Positions 14,001 to 25,900 of a stretch of DNA of 64,000 nt are shown here, in pieces. Under the pieces are notes generated by a model. That model worked only from the letters and a program-made list of their open reading frames with translations, was not told the origin of the DNA and searched no databases. Every line of letters begins with the position of its first letter. The first letter of the stretch is position 1. Position numbers and translations under genes: made by a program. This DNA comes from Raillietiella orientalis (lineage: Eukaryota): contig JAYWIR010000032.1 of the NCBI GenBank assembly GCA_036172245.1, positions 2,480,001 through 2,544,000 on the forward strand, written 5' to 3'.

Positions 14001-17000
14001 CCATCTGTGCAGCTCTAAAAATACGGAGGCACGGCATCGGTTGCCGGCGCAACGGCGCTCCTCCGGTAGGAAACTCTCCCTTTCCCCTCCCCCTCCCCAC
14101 CGTGTCGGCAGTGTTCTTAGAGGTTGAGCAGCTCGATTGATAGCGGCGGCGGATCCGTCCCTCCGTCAGCGGAAGCCGCCGCCGCGTCCCGCTGGGCGCG
14201 ACCCGCCGGGTGGCGTGCGAGCGGCTCGGGGATGACGTCATCCGCGGATGACTCACTCCTCTCACTCTTGCACACGAGGAAGCATGCCAGCTCGTGGTCG
14301 GCGGCAGCGTCAAGAGAGAGCACGCTGCGCACGCCGCTCCGTCGTCTGCGTCACCCCTCCGCCTCCCGCGGGGAATTGCCGCCGCGCGTGCGTCTCCAGC
14401 CCGCCCGCCCGCCCCGCTCGCGAGCGACGGCGGCGGCGGCGGCGGAGAGGACAGACGCGCACGCGCTCCTCGCGTTTGTTGTCGCCCTCCTCTTCGTCAC
14501 CGCGCACGACCGTTGTCGCACGAAGCGCGCCGGGCGAGACAAACGCGCCGCCCGCCGTCCTCCCCAGCGCTTGCTCTCGCCTACCCCTCTGACCACGCTG
14601 ACCTTCCCGCAGAATGACAGGGCGCTCCTGTCCGTACTGCTGGCGGTGTTCTCTCCCGCCGGGTTCCCTTCCCAGGGGACGCCATGCGCGAGAAGGATTG
14701 ATGGCCGGAAAGTGCGGAAGCGACGCAACAATGCATTCCTACTTTCCCGCGCGCGTGCGTCTTACTCATGGCTGCCAGGTCCTGTTCGTTAGCGCGTCAA
14801 ACTTCTAACGGAATTTCACCTCGAGAGGCTTTGTGCGTGTTCGCATGCGCTGTCCGTTGGCCGAATTCCGAGAAGCGGCGGTGGCAGTGGCAATGGGCGA
14901 CGTGGACTATGCTGAAGAATTTTCCCGAGAGCCCCGTTTTCCTTCCTCTACTGTTCCATGCCGCGCCCCTGTATGCGTTCGATTCTTGCCGGGCGGACGA
15001 ATCGCATTCCGACCTGATCATTGGCAGCTCAAGGAGCACCGGTTGATCGGAGACCCTGCTCGCCAACTGGCTCGTCCACGTGGAGAGCACACCGAGACTG
15101 CGTGGGTGCATAGACCTAGTGCTGGGTAGCAGCTGAGTATCAGAGACGGGATCCCCTTCCCTTTTTTGGCGCGATCACGTGATCCTTGATGTGCACGTCC
15201 TTGAGATGCAACCGAACGGCCTCTTTTCCGTGCACCTGTCAAGCAACCAAGAGACAGCAGAGGAGACAGCAAGGCGTCTCCTGGGTAATCTCAATGGGGA
15301 TGCTCGAGTGGGAGATGATGGATGGGAGAGAGGAGGTGTCCCAGTAGGAGAGCACAACAAGCTCCTATGCGCCTTCCTACTTCACCATTTCTCGAGCTTC
15401 CTTCTCGTGGTCTTCCACGAGCTCCACACTCCGTGACATCATCGAAGAGTATTCATCTCCTTCCTCGATCCAGGGACGCCTTCCCTTTCCCCTCTGGCTC
15501 GCGGGTGGCACTCTTGTTTCCCGGCGTGGTCTCCCCCAAGAAGAGAAAGGAAGTGACCGGTGCTTGGACGTGCGCCAAGATGAAAGAGTCGTAACGAAAC
15601 CCTCTGCTTCTGCCGTTTCTGGTTTCTACGTGTAACTTGTTTTTTTTCCTTCTAGATGAGAGCCGTGTTGCATCCATCGTAACGCTCGGCATCACAAAAC
15701 TCATTCAGTTCTTTGTCACGCACCTTTGGGGAGCGGGTGGGACTTCGAAGGAAGCTCCCGACTGTGAGGATGGACGACAGGCACGAACTCTCCCCCCGTC
15801 TTGGCCTTTCCATTCGTGGGGTCTCGTGTGGGTTTCGAATCCACGATGTATGGGGCTCCGCACGGACGCCCTGATCGTACGGCCGTCAGTGCCAGATGAA
15901 GTCGGGGTGGGATCCGCTCTACGGAGGACGGTGTGCAAAGATATCTCCTGAGCGTACCGCAAGGGTACGTGCCGGAACCACAATGACCAGGTCGGTCACC
16001 GCCGTTTCCTAGTCGAGTCCGATCCTACCCGGAGAACTAGCCCTTCTCCCGAAATCGTAGATCCGGCTTGCTGACTTCCTTTAGCCTGCGCCGTTCTCCA
16101 GCCCAGAGGCTTAGGGACCGGCTGCGGATCTGGGTGTGACCAGCTCGCTCTTGCACTCGGGTTTCCACGGGCAAACAGGATCCTCCGGGTCTCGAGGAAC
16201 CATGTCGCGCTGCCCGATGCCCGAAGGCCAGTGCTGAACGGGGAGAGTCTGGACCCCGAGAGGAAGTCCAGACTTCGGAGATCGGAGATTCCCCGCGAGA
16301 CGGCTGCTCGCCAAAGTCTTTCGAGTCCGAGGACGCTGACGAATGCCGCCGCCTGCACGTCCACAGCCGCTATTGCAGCCTCGGAAGGCTTCTCCCTTAA
16401 CGATGGTCTTCGAAGTCGTTCCTCTCCCACCTGGCCCTCCCTACTTTCAATTTCGTATAGCGAAGCAACGGAGAGGAATGGACAAGGCATGAACAGGGTG
16501 GTGGAGGAGGCAGGACGATCCACCGGCCAGCCAACAAAGCCGTCCACCCCTTCGCAGTCAGGTGGGGGCGCTTCTCACTGGTCTGCTTTCCCCTTCCCCC
16601 AGCTCCCCCCCTCCATCTTTCATCTCCTCCCATCCTTGCTGTTGAACGCCCTCGATTGCCATCCCCACCGTGTCCTCGGCGACTATCTGGGAAGTAGGAG
16701 CTCGCAAAAATCGGCTTCCAGGAGACAATCGTAGGGTCATCCACGGATGGTGCTCTGGGAGTCCATAGCATCCCGCGGTCCTCCCTCATGACCTTTCCTT
16801 CTTTTTTCAACCTAGGAGGCTTCTGGACTTCCGGAAGGAAGGGTGCGGGTGCGTTGCCGGGTAAAGGGGCGGCCATGCGGGACCTGAGTCCTAAAACCCT
16901 GCTGGAATGCTAGCGAGGGAAAAAGCACCTGTCTGGTTCCTGCCTCCCGGGGAGCCGAAGCAAGGACGCAGCGGGGGACTCTCTGGATCTTCAGCCTATT

Positions 17001-17197
17001 GGTCCGTCCCCTCCATTGCCTCCGGCGTCGAAGCCGTGGACATACTCGATTGAGATCAGGTCGACTCTCAAGCCCTCTTGTCCTTGCCCTTCCCACGCAC
17101 TTGCTTCCAGAGTTCGCCCCAAGGAATTCCGGGATTGCTTCCTCCACACTGCTGCTTCCGGACGAGCGCCTGCGGCGTCGCAGGTGGCGACTGAGAG

Positions 17198-17203
17198 TTT
17201 ATT
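17198..17203 (-). terminator. Polyadenylation signal overlapping the NompC stop codon
   Basis: CAA TAA A = AATAAA on the minus strand. Confidence 0.45.
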
Positions 17204-19956
17204 GGGCGGTGCTCTGGACATCGCTCCCGGCGCTCCTCATGAGAGGTTGCAAGGCGTCTCCGGAGGCGGTGGGCTCCTTCGCGGGCGAGGGACCATCGTA
17301 GTATCCTTCCAGGCTGCGACCCACCAAGGCCAGGTAGCGCCTCACCACGCGCCTCCAGTCCAGTACGTGCTCGATCCGGCGCCCAGAGACCCCCTCGCAG
17401 GGGTGGAACGCATGGGCGACATCTGCCAGGCCTGGCCGAGAAAAGAGAGGTGACGTGACGAATGGGGGGGGGAGGGGCGAGGGAGGGCAGTCGGTCGTCG
17501 CCTTACCCGGAGACACCCTGGCACGAGGCTTCAGCCGCCCGGCCATGACCACTCGGTTCGCCGCCGTGCGGAGGTCAAGGTCCTCGCGCCGAAGTTTCTC
17601 TGCTGGGAGTTTCTCGGACGGGCGCCCCGAAGGTCTGCGACCCTTCCTCCGGAAGATGTCACCTGCAAGGAGAGAGAGGGGTGACTCGGGTCCGCTGGAA
17701 TACATCGACAGCTTGGCTGCCCTCGATGTTAGACTGACCCCGGTGCCTGAAGAGAAGCCTCAGGTACGAGGTCATCTTGGTGACCAAGTTCAGCGGTGAG
17801 GGCGTCCCGGACATCCTGTTCATGTTGCGGATCAGCTTGGCGAGCCCGAACTTCCACTCCGTATCAGAAGCGGCCTGGAAGGAGAGGGTGGGAGCCGTCC
17901 CTTCGCCAGGAGAAGAGAGAGCGCATTCGGACGCCGGTTATCCCGTCCAAGCGTCTCGAGCTTTTCTTCTGTGCCGTCTCGGACCCTCTTACACGCGCCT
18001 CTTTCTTTTGGCCTCCTCTTTGTCCTCTCCCTGGGGCCGTCTGATGGCCAAGCGCTCCCTGACCCTTAGGCGACGTCCTCCGGGAAACTCGCGTCCGAGG
18101 AGGAGGCCGGGAGTGCACACTGGGACGATAGTAGGGAAAGTGGAAGTACCTGAATCCTCTGGTAGGTGTCGCTCATCATGGCGATGAGTAGGTTGATGAG
18201 GACCACCACGGTGACCAGCATGTAGACCCCGAATGTGACCTTCATAATAGTGGCCGCCCACGAAGGGTGCGAGTGGAGGGGAGGCAGGTAGTCGGGCTCG
18301 ACGAGGCCGAACAGGGCGAAGAAGAGTAGCTCGAAGGTGTCGACGGGAGTCTGGACGGGCGCCTCTGTGGAGAGCAGGAGCGGCGAGGGTGTCGCCTCCA
18401 TGAGAAGGGAGGGGAGGTGACACACCGTAAGGAGGGCGCCCGTTGCCCACGGAGACGCCATCCTCGTAGGCGGGGAAGGCGGGCGAGTAGATGGCAGCGA
18501 CGTGCAGCGAGAACCCGAAGATGAAGATGAGGAAGATGACGAGGAAGCGCGCCAGGTCCACCAGCATGCTGTTGATGATGATGGCCCACGGCCCGAACAG
18601 GTGGTGAAAGGACAGGAAGTCCAGAAGTTGCAGGCAGCAGAGCAGCAGCGCCAGCGCCAAGAACTGGTTCCGCACGTAGAGGACGGCGTGTCTGTCGCGC
18701 AGGGGCACGGTGAAGCCCACGAGGTGGACGCCCACGGCTATGCCGAAGACGATCAGAATGAGGACCTGTTCGGGAGAGAGGGGAAGAGGAGAGACCGTCG
18801 GACCGGAAGTTCACCGCCTCCCCTCTCTCTCTCACCCGAAGCCATCCGAGTCCCGCCCGGTGGCGCGACCTGTCAGTCAGCTCCGAGACGAGGTTCCCCG
18901 AGATCCAGGCCAGGAGCAGCCACTCGTACCACCTGGGGACGAGGTTGAGGGACGTCCAGATGGGATGAGGGGGAACGACCACGATGAGGATCAGGATGAT
19001 GATCAGATAGAGGTGGGAGACGAGGTAGCAGGAGAACTTCATCACGGGGATGCCGTTGAACCCGTGACCTACAGGCAGAGAGAGGGCGACCCAGACCGGG
19101 GGGCACAGGAAGGACACCAGGTACAGTGACCAGATTCTCCACGCGGGCCAGTCGAGCGATCCCACCCAGGTCTCTGAGAGGTAGCGCTGCACGGCGGCGT
19201 GAGCCACCACCTGGAGAGAGGGCCGCGTCGGCCCCTAAAGGCTTCTCCCCTCCTTCGTCACCTCCTTCTGCTCGTGCTCTATCAGAGTGTCCAGCAGCTG
19301 CGTGTCGTTCGGGTCCACGGCTCGCAGCAGCAGTCCTGCGGGTGAGGACACGGTCGATAGGGTCAGCAGTTCCTTGGCCATCCCTTCCACGTGCCGTGCG
19401 GATTCCCGGAGATCCTGCATCCGCTCTCTCTCCTGGCAAGAAGAGTGGGTAGCAGCAGTGCCAACTTGGTTCCTCCTTTCCCTCCTTCGATCTCGACTCT
19501 CCTTTCCTCTGCCCCCGGCTGCCCCCCTCCCGACGCGGAGGTGGATTCCCTCACCTTCATCGACAGCTGCAGCAGCTGATGCGACAGCTTGGCGGCAACG
19601 TCGATGGGAGCTGAGGAGAGCAGCACGAAGTCCTCGAGGAGGCGGTAGGAGGTCTTCTTCCCGCACACCATCAGATCGAAGAGGAACTGGAAAGGACGCC
19701 CATCCCCGCGCCAACAGATGAGGCCGCCCGTTTTGGGTGCGGCTCTCACGGTCTTGTCCTCCATCAGTCTGTACACATCATGCTCCCTCCGCAGCAGGAA
19801 GTGGACCACTTCGGTGTGCTCATTGGCGGCCGCCAGGCACAGAGGCACCTTGCGACCGTGGCACTCGCTCTCGGGGGAGGCGCCTCCGTCGATCAGCAGC
19901 TTCACAACATCCAGGCGTCCGTGTCGGGCAGCGGTGTGCAGGGCGATACACAATTC
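17199..19956 (-). CDS. nompC: NompC exons 17-25 (last ankyrins, linker, S1-S6, pore, TRP domain, C-terminus)
   Basis: 19750-19956, 19555-19686, 19262-19432, 18836-19210, 18426-18765, 18150-18364, 17739-17874, 17507-17662, 17199-17431; pore FELLFFALFGLVEPD; C-terminal RIEHVLDWRRVVRRY. Confidence 0.95.
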
Positions 19957-22900
19957 CTGGGGTGAAAGGGAGGAGAATAAGACGCGTTAGGGTTGGCAAG
20001 ATGCTCACTGCAGTCCCCTTCACTCTCGCTCTCCCTATTTGTAAGTGTGTGTGTGTATTTCCCCCACCAAGAGAGTGCACTGCCCACGTTTCTCTCGAAA
20101 GAGAAGGGAAGGGAAGGTCTTTCGGGGTCAAGGGGCGCACTGCGAAGACAATAGCGACGAGGATAAGGTGACCAGGTAGAAACAGATTAATGGTGACCAT
20201 CAGAGACGGCAGCAACGTCTGCGCACCACCAACGACGATCACCAGCGATCACTCGGCGATTATCCGTACTGATAATGATGAATACACTGTCAAGTGACGG
20301 CTCTTGGTGATCGATCGATGACGGTGAACATCAGCCGCGCATCTTGATAGGATCACTTGATGATTTTTCCGCAAGGTCGTTCCTTTTCAGCACCTTCCGA
20401 AAGCCGAAAGCGTTCCACTTGGATGGGCTCTCTTTGGGAACCGATCGGTCCTCTGGGCGTCACCGGCGAGGTCGGCATTCAAGATCGAAGTGAGGCAGCT
20501 GAGAAGCATGTCGAATTCCCGCCAAGAGAGAAGGAAACACGGGAGGGTGTTCATTATCGTCCGGGAAATATTTCGAGGGACTCCACTGTCGACCGACAGG
20601 CGCGGCGGGATTCTGGGCAAAGCGCTCCGAGGACGTCTCCAAGACACCAACCAGGTAAACGCGCGTCGACGCACTGGTCAGCGGAAAGGATGGAAAGACA
20701 CCCGGAAGGATGCATATGCAGCAAGGGAGCAGCCACCGCCGTGGACGGAGATCGGCGAAGGCAATGGTGGCAACACAATGACGCAGAGCTGGCGTATTCG
20801 GAGATCTCCGTTTGGGGTCGGTTGCGAGACAGCCGTCTCCGGAGCAGGGCCCAGAGACTTTCGTTGTTGCTGCCTTGCCACATCGACGTGAGGCGAGGGG
20901 GACTGCCCTTACATTCGCGAGATCGAGCGCAGAGGTGGTCACTCTGTGGTCACTTTTTGGGTCAAAGTACAGGATGATGGCAAAGTCACTGAGGAGTCGG
21001 AGACCAGTCCTAGGTTTTTTCTTTTTACTGAAAGGGGAAAGCACAGGCGTTGGTTCACAGATGGATGGAAGCTGGAGAAAAAGGATCGAAAGGCATGAAA
21101 AGGATGGGGAGAATCGGAGACAAGGAGACACGTGTTTTACGTCACTTCTTCACGGAATGATGCTCGTTCCAAAGATGCCCGGGAATGACGAAAGCGTGAA
21201 GCCAGACATATAGAGCCGGAGGCGTGCTCCCGAAAGACGTTTCTCCCGAGTGCCGCGGGCTCTTCGATCCTCATCAGCAGCGCGTTGCGCGGCTGCCCGC
21301 CGTTCCCTGGAAGAGATTCGCAGGCAGCCAGGGGGGTAGGAAGGAGGCCACAGGGTCACTCTCTGGCCAGCTCCTCTAGCAGTGCTGGTGGGACATGGAA
21401 GCGGGGAGGGGCGCTCACCTTGTCCCGAGCCTGGATGTCGGCTCCTTGTCCCAGCAGCAAGGCCACCATGTCCACGTGACCCTCCGCGGCGGCCATGTGC
21501 AGCCCGGTGCGGCCCCTCGCGTCCGCTGCGTTGATGCGGTCGGCGGCCCTGCTGAGCAGGAGGCCAGCGACGGCAACGTGCCCTCCTTGGCTGGCCAGGT
21601 GCAGGGGGGTGAGGCCCTGGGAGGATGGAAGGGGGAAAGGCGCAGTTCGAGAGGTCTGCAGGAGGGGACCACCCCATCTCCTGACTCACCTCGACCGCGC
21701 TCTCGGCGTCAGGACGCACACCGGGGGAGTTCAGCAGCAGCCGTACCGTGCTTTCGTTTCCGGAGAACGCCGCCAGGTGTAGCGGCGTTAGACCGTACTC
21801 CCCGTGGAGTGGTCTGAGAAGACTCTGGTTGAGGGAAGCGGGGGGTTCGGTTCTCACGTTGATGGGCACGTGGGCGAGAAGCTCCTGCACGGCTCCGGTC
21901 TGCCCGCGGTACGCGGCCACGTGCAGCGCCCCCAGGCCGGTCTTGCGACTCGCCCGTTTGAACGACTCGGCCCCACCCAGCACCTTCAGGACGGAAGCGT
22001 GTCCGTTGCAGGCCGCTAGGTGGACAGCGGTCATCCCCATCTGGAAAGGACAAAAAGCAGAAAAGAAAGAAAGCTCGGGGGAAAGGGGGGGAGGGGGATG
22101 CAGCGGGGAAGCGCCAACCTTATCCTCGTCCAGGGGATCCGCCCCCGCCGCCGCCACCAGAGTCCGGACGACCTCCACGTGGCCTCCCTCGGCCGCCAGG
22201 TGGAGCGCAGTGGATTCGCTGATCTTGTTCCTGGTGGACGTAATGGCGTGCTTGTTGAACTTCATCAGCTCCCGGATGACGTCCATGGAGCCCTTCATCG
22301 TGGCGATGTGCGCGCAGGTGTTGCCGTCCTGCAGAGAACCCATTCCCAGGGGGTCAGCAGGGAGCTCCCGAACAGCGGGTGGGCCATTCCCTTTGCCCAC
22401 CGTCCCTCCGCCGTTTCCTCAGGAGACTGCCGGGGAACGCGAGGTTTTGAGTCGAATCGTAGGGGAAGCGGAGGAGAGATGGGGCAGGTAAGGTGCAGTC
22501 TTTCCCCGGCCTTCCCGCTTTCGGAAGCGCCACCCGGCTTTCCGTCCGCGGTCGACCTCGGGAGCCAAAAGACCTCCCCCCAGGACGCGAGCGCGAAGAG
22601 GGGAAGGAAAGGGCCTCATTCCTTCGGGATGCGCACCTCCTCGCCAGGTCTCTTGTGATTGGGGATTCCGGCGAAGCTCCGGGGGGCCGAGAAGAAGAAA
22701 ACGCCGCGGGTCCGACAGTCTTCCTTCCCCGCAGCTCCAACAGCAACGGAGCGGCGCCACTCCCTGGCAGGCGAACGCACCGCCCGCGCCACCGCTTCTT
22801 CTCTTCGTAGGTCCGGCCAGCTTCCTTCCCGCTCACTTTCTGGCCCCCTTCGTCCTCGAGAGGAGCAGTGAGGCTCGGCGCCCGGGAGATCTGGGCAGAG

Positions 22901-25900
22901 ATCCTTTCTGGGGTCCATGACGACTCTCTACGGGAACGCGCAGGGCCGTGCCCTCGACTCTTGGCCGCGTTCACACAAACACAGAACGCGGAAAAGCAGG
23001 GCGGTAAATAAAATGGAAAAAATAGGGCGTGGATGTAGGCGTGCACTCGGATGTGGGAAGCCTAACCGGCAGACAAGCAAGAAGGAGCTTTCGGCGGTGG
23101 GAAACCTGGAACAGGTGGAATGGAATCGGGTGGAAGAAAGACAGAAAAGGCGGTAAAGGAACTGAGGACGTGGGAAATGCGAGCTCCTCCCATTCCCCCT
23201 CTCAGAAAAAAAAAAGAAAAAGCGGCCTCTGCCGTTTTCATCCTCAAAAACGCTTTTGCAGCTTCCACTTAGCGTGTTACACGTAGATGCGACCCTATTG
23301 CCAGCGATCGTTGCTAGCACGGGAGGCGCTTTTGGTAACCCAGGGCAACCGCTGGCGTCTACTTCACGCTTGTTTTTTCCCCGCGAGCGCAGCGTGCTTT
23401 CGCCATCTTCCGGACGGTTTCGAAAGGACGAAAAACTTCACTTTCGGCGAGACATGCACCGCTTAAGGGAAAAATAAGGGAAAATCGGGAGAAGGGAAGA
23501 CGACAGCATCCCACCCAATACTCTCTACCGAGGGAGCGGACGGCGACTTGTCATCAGTCACTCTATCCTCTTCGCTACTGGATTCCGACTTGTCATCATC
23601 GCTCACGCTCCCTTCCAGGAGGAACTGTTGCCAGTGCCACGGAAGCGCATCCTGGGGAACGGGAAACCGAGTTCCGGGTCAGAGGAACCGAGGGTGAAGG
23701 GTAGGGAGGAATGCTGCTGGTGCCGAATTGAGCCTACCCCTACGTTGCGAGAGACGGCTGTAAGGATTGGCATTGTTAGGAGTCTAGGGTGGGCTCCATG
23801 ACCCGCGAGGGTCGCATCCCGCTAATGGGCTTGCTTTGTTCCCAAAGTCGGGAAAGGAACTTCAGTAGGCACCAAGGAAGTGCGGTGGTGCTGCCTCCAG
23901 CGTGCTGGTCGGGGGATCGCGTCTCGGGCTGCAGAGGGAAGGAGAGGGGATTGAAGGGAGAGGCACCGTAGCTGCGGCGGGAGAACAGGAGAGGGTAGGG
24001 AAAGGGGGAATCGAGTTTCCTGGGTGAATAGCGGAAGGCCGGAGGGGGACACACCGCCGCCCGCCTCTCGGCAGAAGGGCCGCTCCAGCAGCGCCCTCAC
24101 CTTGTTAGCGGAGAGCATGAGCTCGGGCTGGTGCTTCAGAAAGAACTTGACGATGTCGGAGTGGTTGTTCTGGGCAGCCAGGTGGATGGGGGTCTGCTTG
24201 TCGGCGTCGGTAGCTTCCACGTCGGCCCGTAGCGCCACCAGAGCGCGGCATGTCTCCAGCTGTCCCTCCTTGGCAGCCAGGTGCAGCGGCGTCTGCTTCG
24301 CCTTCGGGAACGGTAAGTGGTACACTTGTGCGACCCGTCCGGTCTCAAAAGCACGGCGCGGCGGGGGTGAACGAAAGGAAGGGGGAGGAAGAGAGACAAA
24401 GAGCAACGTACGAGCGTGGCAACGTCCACCAGGGCGCTGTGCTTCGTGACGAGGGCGTGCACGATGCCCGTGAATCCCCCGGCTGCCGCCAGGTGCAGAG
24501 CCGTCAGCCCCGACATGGACTTGCTGTTGACGAAGGCTCTGTGACCCAGGAGCACCTCGCAGATCCGCTCGTGACCCGCCTCTGCCGCCAGGTGGAGCGC
24601 CTGCTTGCCCTCCGCGTCGAAGATGTCCACTCGCGCCGCACTGCTCAGCAGTACAGTCACGGCCTCTAGGTGCCCGTGACGAGCGGCCAGCATCAGCGCA
24701 GACCAGCCCTCCGCGCTCTGCTTGTTGATGACTGCCTGCAGTTCTCCCGGGTCCAGGAGGCACAGCATCTCTCTCAGGACGCCGTGGTTCCCGGACCTCG
24801 CCGAATAATGCAGGGACGTCTCCTGGCTTATCTGCAGGAGAGTGAAAGAAAGGAGGTGAAGAAGTTCGTGGTGGCAGAAATGGAGAAAAAAGAGGGGAGA
24901 AAGCGTGCGGGAGGATGGAGGGAGACACAGACACCTTGTTGGGGAGGCTGGGGTCGCCCCCCTCTGCCATGAGAACCCGCACCACTTCCTGTCCCTCGTC
25001 GCCTCCGCCTTCCGCTTCGCGGGCACCGGCTGCCACCAGGTGGAGACAAGACTCCCCCTTGAGGTTGGGCTCGTTCACGTGGCTCCTCACTCGCTCCGGC
25101 GCCTGTGTGCCCCTCAGGTGATGCAGGAGCTCCCTGACGACGCTGGAGTGGCAGCTCCCGCAGGACAGGTGCAGGGGGCTGTTGCCTAGCTACAGGGAGG
25201 GCGGGCTGGAGCCGTCGCCCCTGGGCCTCCTCACGTTATCGGCCAGCAGGGGATCCACGCTCTCGGCCAGGAGCAGCCGCACGGTCCGGATGTTCCCACG
25301 GGAGGCAGCGATGTGCAGGGGGGTCCTTCCGTCCACCGTGGTGGCGCCCACGCAGGAGCCCGACTTGAGCAGCTCCTCCGTGCACCTCTCGCCGGCCTCC
25401 TTCCGCACGGACAGGTGCAGCGGGGTCTCCAAGCAGCCGCCCCCTGCAGCGGGGACATTCCTGCCTTTTCCGTCCCCGAGCTGACCAACCTTTCCTCTCG
25501 ATGCTGGCCCCGTGACCGAGCAGAGTCTCCGCCGTCAGGGGCTGGCACTCCAGGACGGCAGCGTGCAGGGGAGTGAAGCCATTCTGAGGGACAGAAAGGA
25601 GAAGCGGAGAGAGGCTCCGCAGATGGGCACCCTCCCTCCCATCTTGCTTTCTCTCTTTCTCATCCTAGCGCTCCCCTTCCTTCCCGATGGGTCCCCAGCC
25701 GCCGCCGCCGCCACCTTCACGTTTTCGCCCCCCCTCCCCTCCGTCCCTCACACTCCCCACTTGCATTCCTCTTCCCAGTCGAAGGAGCCGCGACGCGTCG
25801 ACCACTCAAGCTTACGCCGCGACCGCGCCGCTCCCGCTTCCGGCTACTCGCGCGCTGACGCCCTTCCGCCGGCGCACTTTCGCCCGTTCAGAACGCGCTC

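Noticed and set aside
5425..14800. Many 150-350-aa overlapping ORFs on both strands (e.g. 6131-7006, 9401-10456, 13330-14127)
   Set aside because: Arg/Pro/Gly/Ser-biased, open in several frames at once, no motifs; expected from high GC
20140..20365. GAT/GAC-rich degenerate triplet stretch in NompC intron 16
   Set aside because: Low-complexity decay; no stable frame or repeat unit
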